A DNA stretch of 63,994 bases, filler included, from Choristocarpus tenellus KU-1152 (GCA_964200185.2; 12 parts of 12 records of this genome joined end to end with filler, not necessarily neighbours in it), one strand, 5' to 3'; positions 11,662-25,566 are shown, numbered from the whole stretch's first letter. Translations and numbers: made by a program. Notes: a model not told the origin generated them from the sequence alone.

Positions 11662-14600
11662 ATGTGGAGCCTACTCAGGAAAGATCTTGGGGAGTTCGTG
11701 AATACCATCAAAGATGACACTGCTGGGACCATTAAGTCCGCCATTGCCATGGCTGAGGAAGTCAAGGTGCGACCAGTTCACTACCCTCTGCATCTCTATT
11801 TTTTGCTCTTATTGATATTTGATCTCACCCCTCTAGCAACCTCTCGATCTCTCTCGAATGAAAATTTTGTTTTAGGTGGTTGAACCTTGTACCCCTTCCA
11901 GAATTAGAGGTATTATTTTGTTCTCAGCGTGTGAAGGGTCGATTTCGGTAAGAACACATACTCGTATGACACCACAGACTCACTTGCCCACCCCAATCTA
12001 TGCTCCCCTTAAAAATTAGTTCTCACCATTGGAGGGTTGGGGTGAAGAACAGGAAGGGTGTGGTGAACGACGGGTGGAAAGCGCCGGGTCAACACCTTCA
12101 GGGAAGCCTAGTGCGGCCCTGCTTGCGTTGAGAGCGGATGTGAAGACTTACACCGAGGTTTGGATGTCTGTAACAGCGGTTCTACTACCACACGCTCAAT
12201 ATATATCCTCGGGCTGTAGAAATTGGGTCAGAGAGGAGGAGTGCATTAACTGTCTTGCGATGAACCTTCCGAGGTTGTACTATGCAAATTCACCTGGCTG
12301 AGATTATCAGAAGAGAGGAAGATGCTTGAAAGACGTCAGATCAAAGGAAATATTTGTTCATGTACAGAGAGCATGTACGTCTGCAGGCCGTTTTTTTGTG
12401 TATGTGGGTAATGCAACGATGCACCCCCACTCCACCTCCCATCGTATTTGGACCTTGCACTACTTGGAAGAACACAGCATGGAGAAAGGTGCAGTTTGGT
12501 GGGGTTGCAGTCTCAACTACTACCTCACACTCTCTCCTTTCTTCCTATTATAAAACTTATACTTTGAAAAGCATCACAAGGAAGGAATATGTAAGTTGCA
12601 CCAAGACAGGCGCATTCAAATCGGTAGGGAGCTCAAACCACAACATTAAAATCTCCGCAAATGTTTGATGTAATGGAACGCTTTAAAACCTTTTCCGGGG
12701 GGGAGAGGAAGGACTTCCAGTCGTTTGACATTAGATATAGAGCATACGGTAAAGGGGACTATCCGTAACCTACCTCGTATCTCTTCCATGTAAACTTGTT
12801 GATTTTGTTTGACCAGGATATCCCTGATGGGGAGGAGGGAGAACACCGTCTTTTCCTACAGGATTTCGATCTCAGGGCAAAGACCAGTGAAATATCTTCC
12901 CTATTGCAAGGAGATGCTGTCATCACACGAATACATACGGAGCTGGTGGGTATTTCTGATGAGGTTGAGTAATGCCACAGGAAACAATAAGAGGTAGAGG
13001 AGCAAGGGATTTTTGGCGCAAGGGATTGACATAGGTTCAGGCTGGTTTGTCACACATCTATGGCTGTGTCAATTGCCCCAGTTGATCGGGGTGCAGGCAA
13101 CATTTCATCTTTTGTGTGTTAGGTCATGTCTTGATAAATCCGATGTTTTCTTGTGCAGAGTAATCTTGGATCTTTTCAAACTGTGGTTTGTGTGCTGCAT
13201 CCCCATAACTCCAGGGCGTTTCTTCGTTTTCTGGTGTGCATCGATGTGCAGTGTACCTTTTTGGGTCAAAATTTGACTGTACCTTGCTGCACTGTTTTGT
13301 TGTGTGGCATGTGCTTTTGGAGGTTCAGTCAAAACGAAACCTTGCACTACTTCCCTAAAAGTTCTCGTCTACACATCTTCCCTCCCCACATCTCGTTTCC
13401 TCGGCCTACACCGCGGCCCATCTTGTTCCACAGTCCTGTCCTCCTATGTTCCTTCTCCTGATCATGGCTGAAAGTCTTTGCCACGGAATCCCCCCTGCCC
13501 TAGTTACATGCATGCTGGTGGTGTCCACAATATCTGCAACTATGATGTTTATACTGATAACTTGTCTCCTGCCTTGCCAGGTTCCAGAAAAGGTTTCCTA
13601 TGATGCGTTCTGGACGAGGTACTTTTACCGAGCTGCACGACTAGACAAACCCCGTGCCCCTGCCATGTCCTTCCCAGATGAGGGTGATCAGTCATGCCAT
13701 AAATAAAGCTTTCCTTCTTTTAGTGCCTCTTGTCTGCATGTGTGTGAAGTATAATACTATACCCAACCTCTGTGAGCCCACTTTGCCCTGAAAGAGCATG
13801 TTCCCAGAGGTGGAGCATGCCTTTTTATTTTCAACTTGTGACCAGTTCCTAGCACCGAAGTTAGTTTTATCAAGCTTCCTTTTGGTTGAAATTGATCCAG
13901 ATAAATTCAAGTATTGTATTTTATTGCCCAGTCTCCCAACCCAAGCTCACCACCATGTCTACCCCCACCTCTTTAAAACCTCTGTCCTTAGCACACTACT
14001 ATAATGTGGAAGCACTATATGAAGTTTTTTGTCCTATTTGCCTGTGGTAAGTCTTGCTAGTTGTGCCATGCATAAGTGGAGATCCCAATGTCAATTTTGA
14101 CCCCAAATCCCATTACGTTTTGTCGGATCTCTCAGAGGAGGACGATGACTTTGGCTGGGGCGAGGATGAGCATGATGAAGGGGTTGATCCCTCAAGAGCG
14201 GTTGGGGGAGGGGGGGGTAAGGGATGTGAACGACGTTCAGAAGAAAAAGGCGTTGGTGGCAGTCACTTCGAAGGGAGAGAGGGTGTTGTGGGGATTACAA
14301 TGGAAAGACAGGCTATTTCGAATGAAGCAGCAGGGGAGGTGACAAATGGGGATAACACAGGGGTGGCAACATTTGCAAAGGCTGATGCAACATGCGTGCA
14401 GCTACGCGCTGCTCTGAGGGTGTCTGAGCTGAGCAGGGAGGCCACTGAGACTGAGTTAAAGCAATTGCAGGAAGAATTGAGGCTTCAAGCTGAGTTGAAG
14501 GCGCCTCAGGCTGGCGAGAGTGAGGGATCAGGTGGACATTGCGGAAGGGAAGAGAGGGCCTCTAAGGTCAGTGGTAGAGCAGGGTTGCTAAATGCCATGC

Positions 14601-17600
14601 TTCGTTTGTTTGTTTTTTGTTGGTCAAGTCATGGCTTGTAATGGTTTAGGTCTGTTGGCCTCAAGAAAGTACTGCTGGTCTATCTTGATGTAATTATATT
14701 CATTAAGATCTTGGCGTGGTTTTGTTGTCCCCCATTGGCCTGATCACATCACTACTGGATGAGGGCAGGCGTACATGTGTTTGAAACACACAGAGGGTGT
14801 GCTCTCAGGGAAAGGAAAGGTCTTGATACGCAAGTCCTGACTCTGTCCACAACTGTGACAGGAACTTTTTTTTTTCTGCCTAAAGTGTCGAAAGGCGGGG
14901 GGGATTTCCTGAAGCAACTGCAGGATTGCTTGACCTGTCAGGTAGAACAACAGAATAGATCACTTGTTGCAAGTGTCCGTCTGGTCTTCTCCTTGTGTGC
15001 ATTTTTCAGCTGTGTGTGTGGGGAAGTGGTCCTTTCCCTCCCCCCTCTCTTAAGGATGTCTTTCTGCACCCCATTCTTAGCTCAAGGCATGCATGTATAT
15101 TCCAAACGACCTCCTTAAGGTTGAGGAGACACTTCGTGCACAGCTTGTCGATACCACATCAGAGCTTGTGAAGCTCAAGATGGAAATGGACACAGCTGTG
15201 GTATCGGGGCTGCAAGGAGAAGCCGTTGAGGAGGTAGATGTTGAAGATGCCTGTGTAGCTACGGGAGAGCAAAGTGCTGTGCACAAGGAGGTGCGTGCTG
15301 CTTGCGTGGCGGCTGCAGAGAGGGAGGCTGAGTCCAAGGTAGCGTTAACAGTGGCAGAGGCACAGGGGAGGGGGGCAGCAGCGGAGGTCACCCGCCTCCA
15401 AAAGTTGCTGAGTGAGGAAAGGACCAAGCAGATCGCAATCATTCGGGCCTCAAGGTGGGTGGGGGGTGGTGTGGTGTGGTGTGGTGTGGTGGATAATGAG
15501 GTTGCAGGGGAAGTGGGGGAGGTGGAGAGCAGGAATGGGGAGTGCATTGGAGGTGAGATTCATGCTCGGGAAGACTGTAATTGAGTTTGTGCTGTCTTTC
15601 CCTTTTTGTGTCCATCCCCTTGTACAGATGCTAGTGTTATACAGCTAACTCCGTTGCCATCACCTTCCCTCTCAATCCTTCCATGTAGAAGGTGCACTCT
15701 GATCATCACCATGACCCCCACCTTTCCTTATCCCCTCTCCCCCTTCTGGAACCCACACGTGTGTACTGGATCTGTGTTGCAATCAAGACACCTTACTAGT
15801 GTGAAAATACCATCGCCTTCGCACTATTCACCTCTCCCTCTTGTTTTTTGAGACCTTTGATCCTTTCCCCTATCCTATGAATGTTGCGTCGGACTCGCAG
15901 GGAAGCAGCAAAGGAAGCGGTGGAGGCCGCCCTGAACCTGGCTGAAGTGGAGAGGGAGGAGGAATCAAGGGCGAACAATGCTAAGATCAATGCAGAGGTG
16001 GGCTTCAGATATAGAAACAACTGTGACATCTTTGATGAATGTTGACTTCTGCACTATGCAATAGGTGTACAGGTAATGTGATCCTACAGCGTGTGAGTTC
16101 TTTTGTATTTTTTGAAATATGTAACATGTTTTTGTTATAGTACGAAAATGTTTGTAATGTTTGATGGTTGGGTTAGGTGAACCTTGCATGCTTAGCACCT
16201 ATTAGTGTCAGGATTCTTTGCTGACGCCATCCAACCTGCTATCCACCCTCGGTCACCCATTGTTTCGCCACTTGTATGTTCCCACCCCTCCCCTCTCTCA
16301 TAGCTAAGTGCTGCTTTGTCACCCTTGATTTTAGTACTTAGTACTCCTTATCTTATTTTGGTGTTGATGTACATACATATGTGTGTATATGGTATCACTT
16401 GATAGGTGGAGGAGAGGATAGCCGCCCTCAATGCAGAGCACTGCAGAGAGATTCTGGAGGTGGAGATGAAGGTGGGGTATTGATTTGAGGAGGGTTTTTT
16501 TTATTGGGCTTGGGAAGGTGACTGAAGTCGTAGATATATTTTTTGGTGTGAGTCACTAGAGCTCTACATTTTTGCATGGATCGATGGTGTTTAGGAGGAT
16601 TGAGAGTATGCTTGCACAATAGAGTCAAGAAGAGCTAATTAGAACGTGTTCAGTCTTGTACATTGTTTCTATCCAGTGAAACAACTGGAAGGACTATTGC
16701 CCCCCTCTTCCGTCTTGTTGATGTGTGCCATCCAGGCTCGTGAGGCTATGGAGGCAACAGATGCCAAGGTTTTGGTAGAGAGAAAGTCTTTGCTTGAAAA
16801 CCACCAGGCAGAGAAGAAGGCATTAATTGATGCAGTGAATACAGAGGTAGCAGCAAAGCTCAAAGCTATGGCAGAGGTGACACAGCTCAGGGATGATTTG
16901 GAGGAGGAGAGGATCGCTGCGGCAGTGGCTGTAGATTCGCTAGCTGCAGCAGAGGTAGAAATGGAAGGACTGCGTGCAAAGATAGAGGAGCTACATGGGG
17001 CCAGGTGCATACAATCTTTTTCATTGTGATATCTGCAGATGTGGATGAGTATTTGTACTTTGCAGAAGCTTCAAATGTTCTTGGACAGGCAGTCAGAGAG
17101 ACCTATCGAGAGGGAAGAGGCAGGGGAAGGATTGACTTAGATCATGTCGTGTTTGACTGTGGCGCGTTGGGGCATAGTATTTGTCGGTTATTGCCCCAAA
17201 TCCTATGTTCAACCTTACCTACCTTGAATGTGCCGATTGAGTAACAAGAAGATGTAGTTGTTTTAACATTATTAAACTCTGCCGGAGATACCATGTTGAG
17301 AGGATCTCTTTGAGGTTTGTCTCTTCTGACTTGTGCTTGCTGGTCTCTCCTGTTTTGCACACAGGGATGGTTTGGACGTGGTGCAAGCTGCAGCCTCGGG
17401 GAGTGCACAACAGGCAGTGGTGGGGGAGAGGGAGGGGGTAGCGATGGATGGACTGACTAGGAGGTCAACCATTCCTGGAAGTAAGATAATCTCATCTGTC
17501 ATGAAACATGCACTATGCAGGGGGTGTTTCGTAAATGCTATGCAGTGTATTTCTGTATTCCTTGTCATACCCTTCTTATGTAGTTGTGTCTAATGCAGAC

Positions 17601-18066
17601 TGTACACTGACCCATGCGAAGGGTCTACCCTACACTATCAATGTACATCCCAACTCCTTGCATCTCACACTCACAACGTGCACCCCAGGCTGAAATGAAA
17701 AGCCTCCACCCCAGCAATCAATCTCATTGCCAGCATCTAATCCTGCCTCTTAACACATTCAAAACACCGACATTGTTTCCCCTAGCTGGAAGTGAGGACA
17801 CAGATGGTTGGGGCGAGGATGAAGAGGATGGCGATCGCAGCAGCGGGAATAGCTCTGGTGTGGTGGTTGAACATCCCCGAGTTCCACCCGTCAACTCGAG
17901 CCCCCACTCCCCTGCCAACACTGCCCATGTCGATGGCAATGCGCAGGCACCCTCTGGCCTTTCTGAGGATGTAGTACATGCTGCTTCCCCCTCACCAATG
18001 GTCTCCACAGGGAGAAGGACTGGTAGAGATGGGGAAGGGGATGAGGAATGGAGCGGGTGGGACTAG
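11662..18066 (+). CDS. BSD domain-containing protein (BSDC1/DOS2-like N-terminus) with a long coiled-coil C-terminus; 10 exons, ~667 aa
   Basis: Exons 11662-11766, 12020-12157, 12817-12945, 13581-13683, 14136-14566, 15120-15454, 15901-15997, 16736-17004, 17365-17480 and 17786-18066 are all GT-AG with matching phases and total 2004 nt. Motifs: RKDLGEFVNTIKDDT, LLALRADVKTYTE, BSD core EISSLLQGDAVITRIHTELVPEKVSYDAFWTRYFY, acidic DFGWGED and EEWSGWD-stop. Confidence 0.92.
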
Positions 18067-20135
18067 GGCAATAGGCATGGAGAGTTATGTGGGTTGTTTG
18101 GTGGGAGGTTGTTACAGAGGCAACTCTATTGTACTAAGTATGACGTAAATTTGGAGGTCCTGATTGTATTTTTCCCAGGTAGGGTGTGTTGACTTGAATT
18201 GACTGTTATCAAGAGATGCATGATGGTTCAGAGAGTAACTATAGTGTAGACAAGGTCTCAGAAAGAAGGTAACATCAGAGTCTTGGTTGCAATGCCATTT
18301 ATATATATTCTCGCACACTTGGCCAAAGAACGAAAATGTGGTTGACCGGTTTTAGCTGAAAGAGAATAATACCTCTCATAGAGCTCTAGCATAGATCGAG
18401 ATCTGAAGTCCAGTACACCTCGACTATTTGGGTGCACTTGTATTGACATAGAACTTCACTGATCCAGTTCACAACATGGAGTAAGATGCAATGGAGCTGC
18501 TGCGAATATGCTGCACAATGTGAACTGTTTCATTTTCTCACATGCAAAGAGTATCAACCAAACACAGCAATAGTGCAGAAAATATCTTCCACATACTACA
18601 CTCCTGTGACGTCTACACTCCCATAGTAGCGTTGTAAATACGTTACCTATGGTGATCTGATTTTATTGGTTGGTTGAAATTTGTGATGTGGAACTAGAAT
18701 TTTGTTAAGTGATAGCAGGTAAGTAGCTTTGCAATTCGAAAAATACACAGGAGCTCAAACTTGATAGTTTTCAACTCTTTGCCTGCTCTCCAAAATGGTG
18801 CATGGTACGCATTACTTTTTTCTCCACTTTTTTTTTCTGAAATCGTATGCCACAAGAGGTGCTTCTAAGGCAGTATATCTATCTTTTCATGGAATTCTGA
18901 TGCCCTCCTGGAGTCAGTCCACAATCCTGGTATTTGCAAGGCATGTCGTGTACTGCAGTAATCAGCACCATGTCGTTCATCAGAGGGTGCTATTTGTTCC
19001 TTTCGTTAAAGTAGGTGGGCTATGCGGTAGAGGTAAAGTTGAGAAGGCAAGATATACATTTGATATGAAACCTTGCTCTCGCTATTTGTGGGTTTGAAGC
19101 ATGGCAAGTCTGGCCTTACAAGGACAGACACCAATTACGTGCGTACCATGAGAAACCCAGTGATTCCCACCTGTTTATCTGACGGTCTGTAAGTTTCCAG
19201 TAATGACTCTCATACTCATGCAATTGCTGGCACTTGTTCCAATATGAGACTTCTTCAAGAAGGAATGGCATGGTCTCATTTGCTGTGTATCAATATTGCT
19301 CTTGGATTTATCCACTTGCTATAATATATACTACTCCGTGTATGTCTCCCGGATATGGGATGTGGAAGTGATATTTTTGGAAAGCGTTATGTGCAAAACA
19401 CAAGGTACTTGAAGTAGATTCAGTTATTACTTCAAACTAGGTATTAAAGTACATTATTGTTATACATGTGGATTCTGTGACACCCGCAAGCTTGACCATT
19501 GACTCAGAAGACAATGCGAAAACCGAAGGTTCAGTAGTAGTAATAATAATTCCTTGTTTCCCTATATTCTACTTGTCTTCTAGGCAAAATGATACACATT
19601 GAGTGGTGCAAACCAAAAATACCATTAGGAGAATCTGTATGAATAATATGGTATAGATAATTCTTTTCCGACCACTGTTGTAACAGGAGTTATGTAATAT
19701 AATATGTACTCTTATGATGATGCTGATCGCAGGTAAGTCAACATCAAGGTCTGAGTCAAGTCGTTTCTTGGATAGGAGCCATTTGCAGTTGGAGGAGTAG
19801 TATTAGTGAAGAGTGAGCCAGACAATTTTGTACATATGTAGAACATGCCGGTGTTCTGCTTTGCCTGGAATTGATTGGTGGTGCATACACATAACCAGGA
19901 ATCCTTTGGATGTAAAACATGACATCATATCGATTATCTGCTGCTGCTGCTACTACTACAATATTTATCACAGAAGATTGAGACTGGTAGGCATGAAATG
20001 TCGATTTCTACGCCGCTTATAAATTTTTTTGCAAGGCAAAATTTCAGTTTATTGTGTCTCCTCTTCATTACATCTCTATCAAAGCCCCCACAACCTATGT
20101 CACTGAGAGTGGAGTGTTGAAAAGATCAGGGATCT

Positions 20136-20312
20136 GACCCAAAGTATTTGGGGGGGGGGGGTCTACACCAGACAGAGTGTCCATTATTTGGACCAAAACC
20201 AGGAAAGTGCACTTTAATTATCATCCAATGTATGGAACCAAATCATCCAAAAATCGCGATATGAAAAATTTGGTCCCAAATGGACAGTCGCCACCCCCCC
20301 AGATACTTTGAG
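20136..20312. mobile_element. MITE family A, diverged copy
   Basis: gacccaaagtatttggggg...cccccccagatactttgag. The interior matches 5601-5740. No clean TSD. Confidence 0.8.
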
Positions 20313-20653
20313 ATATGCTTTTCATTCATAGGGTAGTCTTTTAGATGGTTACACAGTGGTGCTCAGAAGATGAACCGCCTGTTCTAGGGTTGAAAAATCG
20401 GGGGCACTACAATCTCGACCTGACAACATCCAATGAAGAAATGGATTCTTGCGTGTCGTAGCTAGGGACCTATACATCCAGGCTACAAGTTTTTTTTCAC
20501 TACTATTCAAAGTAGCTACCAGATGCAATCCAGTACTGGGGTGACACTGTTGGGGTTTTGAGGAATTCGTGACAGGATGGAGTGCACTATGGCAAAGCTC
20601 AAGTCTGTCCTCGCAATCTCTCTACGGTGAGTGGTGAATTGGAAAGTTTAGGA

Positions 20654-20732
20654 GGGTCAAAGTATCTGGGGGGGGGGGGGGTGCCGGCATCCATTTTTGA
20701 CCAGGATCCTAGTGTTCCATGGGTAGATTTTG
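20654..20732. mobile_element. MITE family A left end at a contig end
   Basis: gggtcaaagtatctg followed by a G-tract. Confidence 0.7.
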
Positions 20733-20832
20733 NNNNNNNNNNNNNNNNNNNNNNNNNNNNNNNNNNNNNNNNNNNNTTAATTAATTAANNNNNNNNNNNN
20801 NNNNNNNNNNNNNNNNNNNNNNNNNNNNNNNN

Positions 20833-21430
20833 GAGTCCCTATGTTGGAGAAAACTGGCGGAGTCTGAACTGATGCCCCTATGTTACCAAATGGCAATTAT
20901 CATGCCGCCGCAGCATGATCTAAGGCGATGAATATTTTTTATACTTGTATCAGACCAGACAATAACTTTCATAGGATGCTTTTATTTTACGTTATTTTCC
21001 TCTTTTTTGTTTTCATTTTTACTTCTTTGCTATTTTCATTTTTATTTCATTTTTTATTTCTCCCTTTCTGTCAGACCAGGTACCCCCTTGCGCCCTTACT
21101 ATGCTCCACCTTCAATTCTTTCTTTTCTGTCCCTTGTATCCTCTATTTGATTTTATTATTTATTTTGGGCGTTGATGTTGATGTTATTGCCTGTTTTACA
21201 CACTAGCAGTCGTCAGAATGCTTCGTGCTGGGGGGCATGAGGCAGGCAATAATCAGATGATACTCAGCACTTTAAGGAAGCTGTGTTTTAGAAAGAGCAA
21301 AGGTATACTCATATTAGGCTAGACGCGGACAGATTCCCCCAAGTAAGATAGGGATATATGTTTAGGCCTAGTAGGAGTTAGGCATATTTTCGGCAATAAC
21401 CAGATGATACTTGGCACTCTAGGAAAGCTG
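20833..21430. repeat. Dispersed repeat shared with 47030-47545
   Basis: tccctatgttggagaaaactggc...ggcaattat and gtcgtcag.atgcttcgtgctggggg.atgaggcaggcaataatcagatgatactc...ggcctagtaggagttagg are near-identical at both loci. Confidence 0.9.
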
Positions 21431-23636
21431 TACCTTAGAGAGAATGAATTTAACGCCGACCGAAAGTAAGTTCAAATATGGTTATGTCCATTGCTGACTC
21501 TGATCAATATGACAGGGGCCGCCAGCCCACCCTGAAAACCAAATTCAAACGTGGCCAAGTCCATGGCTATCAACTGTTTCAATAAGCCCAGACCATGGGG
21601 TCGATATGATCGATGGCAGATGAGCTATCTGCACGGCCAGGTGAAATGTCCCGGTTTCTTGTATTCCCCCTGTATATATTATTATTTTCCTTTTCTACTG
21701 CACAAAATCTAGGACGACATCAATGTGCCAACCTAATATAGCATGCCTTACTGACTGACATTCCTTATATTAGTATACCTTCAAACAGCACCCCTTCAGA
21801 ACCTTCATTAGGTAGGCACAGGAGTCAGAGTTGGCTAGGGACCAACACCTCGGCAACCATTAAACTACTTGAACCAGAAAGGTGGATCCTTTCCCTGGAT
21901 TTTTTTCTCACAGTGAATCGCTCTTTATGGGTAGAGGAGCCACTATCCAACTGCTGCTCGGTAGTTTGATGTAGACTACAGGGTGTGGATACTAGTCGCT
22001 CAAACACATATCCCATAGCTCAAGGACAAGTGTTGTAGGCGATATGTCTTGATGGCGAATGCATAAACGCCATTATGATCTTGAAGTCCTAGATTTTATA
22101 TATTTGTACTTCTTGACTACTTTTTTATTATTATTTGGTCTCCATAATGCTCGATAGAGATGAGACAACGTTGACCAGTTTATTTTAATATGGATGATAT
22201 TGATACTTACGAAGGGAATAATCGAAGGGAGAGATCCGGCATACTTGACGGCTTGTGCCTCAGGAGTCCTGTACGTGCATCAGCACCATCTGTAGGCTTG
22301 TGCACTAGAGGTAAGCTATGGAGCGTGCTGTAATACAATTAGGGCAGTATCACCAATATGGTCAGCCAACTGGGAAGCATTTTGCGGATGGATGAGCGTC
22401 CCCTGCACCCTGGAGGATGAATTAGCCATATTCTTTGTTGTGTATGCCCACCTCACTTGCAACGATGCCCATGTGTCCTTATCCATACATATCCCTCCCC
22501 GAAAATGTGTCTACAGAAGTTTACCCACCCAAACCAAGATGCTGCAAATTATCGTCAATGCTTGACAAACGTATCTGTCCATTGATCCACTGATAGCAAG
22601 ATGCTAGCTTCACCAGACAGTAGTCAAGTGCTCCGGCAGGAAAGGAATAGTTTGTGTGTGTGTGTGTGTGCCTAGGTAAGCCAGGGAGACTGTACTGGGG
22701 GCAAAGAGAAAGGAGGAGGAAATGACCCGCCAGGCAGAGGAGTCACAGTGCTCCAGTAGCACTTGGGGGACAGGCACGGGGGAAAGGGTCTATACCTTGG
22801 GGGAAAGAGGAGGACAAGCTGCAGTCATTAATTAGGAGGACCTAGTTTTACAATTAATACGCAACCGTGGGATCCGTCCATGACTTCACCCTTCGAATCT
22901 CTATAACTAAATATTAAGCCAATGAAAGACATCACATTTCAGGGTCCTGCAAACAGTATGGAATCAAACAGATATACCTTTCTGGGTCAAGTATGCCTTC
23001 GATAATATTTGCCAACATGATTGGACTGGGGCTGGGGGTGTATATGGCTTTTGTTGCAAATATTTTCCGCTTCTTATCTTGCAGTTACCAACGCCGTATA
23101 CATAATCATAATGATGATATCTGCTATATAGTACATAGCATGCACCAAAAACGTTTTGCGTACCATTTTTTGCATTGGGTTGTTAGGTAAGAGAGCGAAA
23201 CCCAAGATATCAGGACGAACAACACAGGTATCCCCACATCACACCAAACAAATATACCGCAAAATCAAACAGAATCGTATTATACCGAATTTTTAACTGA
23301 GACACTATCAAGTCTTTATTATTCTACATTGGAAGGTTTTGTTGTTCATGCCCTTGCACAGTTCTACTCTCCATGCGAGTGAGTCAATTGCGACCTTTGA
23401 TGAGTAGTGATCATTATTTTGTTGCTGAAGAAGTAGTATTAGTATTCATTGCTATCCCATCACAACACTTTCACTGTATTGAAATGAGGTAGTGTTGAAA
23501 CTTGTTGGATCATCTCAATTCCTTTTGTGATACAATATCGTAACATTTGACATTAATGGTTTCATGCCGGCTTAGTTGTGTGCTCAGAGTCTATACTTTG
23601 GACTGGAGTGTTACGGGAAGATCTGACAACGGAATT

Positions 23637-23814
23637 GGGTCAAAGTATCTGAGGGGGTGTCGGTGTCCGTTTTTCACTCTTTTTTCGATTATCACTTTTT
23701 TGGTATGATTTGGTCGCATGTGTCGGATTTGAAATGTCAACAAAAAAAAAAGTTGTTTGACCGAAACGGACGCCCCCTCACAAACCACCCCCACCCCCCA
23801 AGATACTTTGACCC
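23637..23814. mobile_element. MITE family A, complete (178 bp), 4-bp TSD AATT
   Basis: TIRs gggtcaaagtatct / agatactttgaccc. AATT at 23633-23636 and 23815-23818. Confidence 0.93.
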
Positions 23815-24255
23815 AATTTATTGTATTAGGTTTGGAGAATAGGTGTCAGCAACATAGGAGACGTGTTACTAGACAGTAGTGTTGTGGGCACTGATGATTG
23901 ATAGCGCAAGTTAGATTGATGCATGATGCAACCGTTTGAGAGCATTATCGAGATGTTTTGATTCAAAACGGAAACAACATACAACATGCGCAGACCTGTG
24001 GTCAAAGTCTACAAATCAATGAGGATACACATAGATTGGAATTGAGCTTACAGCAACACCACCATCAGAAACTAACTTGGAGTATGGTACACCCGGTCCA
24101 GCGATTACCCTTGTATCTTCATCATCCAACTCGTCCCACCCGATATTCCATGGGTAAATGGACTGTAAGACACATATCCCCAAACTATATCTCTGCTACA
24201 ACATAATTATATATTATGTTTATATAAAACACCGTTCGGATATATTTCAAAAGTG

Positions 24256-24327
24256 TCCCTCGTAGTCCAACGGTTAGGATATCTGACTTTCACTCAGGAG
24301 ACCCGGGTTCGATTCCCGGCGAGGGAG
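24256..24327 (+). tRNA. trnE-UUC: tRNA-Glu (anticodon UUC), intronless, 72 nt
   Basis: Acceptor stem TCCCTCG/CGAGGGA plus G discriminator; D-arm GTCC..GGAT; anticodon arm TCTGA-CTTTCAC-TCAGG; T-arm CCGGG-TTCGATT-CCCGG. A TATA-like tatataaaa lies ~35 nt upstream. Confidence 0.96.
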
Positions 24328-24645
24328 GTAGCTGAAGATATACTTTATTCTATAGTGAGCATTTCTTTGAACACTGATATACCAATGTGAGAGTTTATGA
24401 AATTAACTGACTTTTGTGGGCGGGGGAATTCTGGTTGGCTGGGTTGGCTAGGGGCACAGGACAAGAATGTGGGGACAGAAAAGAAAGAAAGAAGAGAATG
24501 AATAGTTAAGGAAGGAACGAGAGAGTTAATGAAATTGAGTGGTAGGTAGGCAGAAACAGAGGATAGCAGTCAGGAAATTAAGGGGTACAAGATAAGGAGG
24601 GAAGGATAAGGCAACCTCCGAGCAAGCTTCTCGCCGGAGTGGATC

Positions 24646-25068
24646 AAGACGTAACCTGAACAATCTTTCCGAAATCTGGAAGGGAGAAAGGTCCGAGGGA
24701 AGGGGCGGGGGGGGATGCTTGAGAAACGGATACGGAAATGGTAAGAGAAGGTCGACAAGGTAAGGGGGTAGATGAGTGAGACGACGAACAACGGTGTGGA
24801 TAAGTGTTGGGTAGGTAGGGGGAATACGGGTAGTGAAGTAGGTAGAGTCAGATATAATACAAGGGGTATCGAAAAATAAATCCATAGGAGAAGGAAAGTA
24901 CGAAAGATAGAACTCGACGTAATGGTGGGGTGAAACAAGNNNNNNNNNNAAGACGTAACCTGAACAATCTTGCCGAAATCGGGAAGGGAGAAAGGTCCGA
25001 GGGAAGGGGCGGGGGGGGATGCTTGAGAAACGGATACGGAAATGGTAAGAGAAGGTCGACAAGGTAAG
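24646..25068. repeat. ~119-bp direct repeat pair (24646-24764 and 24950-25068) in purine-rich DNA
   Basis: aagacgtaacctgaacaatct...gtcgacaaggtaag occurs twice with a few substitutions. The second copy starts right after a 10-N gap. Confidence 0.75.
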
Positions 25069-25426
25069 TTAAGGGCCACGCTAGAGCCAAAAGGCCAAGA
25101 GGGTGACGAAAAGGAGAAGTAGAGTGCGCCGGTTATGCCACAAACATGGTTAGCCCATGGAGACCACGATAAAAAGGAGAAAGTTAATGGTTCGGGGACG
25201 GAGTAGCGTACCTGCGGTAATCTCGTGGATTAAGTGCATTTTTAGATATCGCTCGAACGATAGAACAGGGGAATCTCAAAATTGAGGAAGGCGCGGGACT
25301 ATGAGGATGGGTTTTTTGCGAAAACGNNNNNNNNNNNNNNNNNNNNNNNNNNNNNNNNNNNNNNNNNNNNTTAATTAATTAANNNNNNNNNNNNNNNNNN
25401 NNNNNNNNNNNNNNNNNNNNNNNNNN

Positions 25427-25566
25427 GGTGTTCGTTTTGGTCAAGCAATTCTTTTTTTTGCTGACATTTCAAATCCGACACGTGCGACCAAATCACACCA
25501 AAATAGTGAAAATAGAAAAAAGGGTGAAAAACGGACACCAACACCCTTCCCCGGATACTTTGAACC
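25427..25566. mobile_element. MITE family A, truncated by the contig start
   Basis: The interior matches 57771-57973. Ends ggatactttgaacc. Confidence 0.85.
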
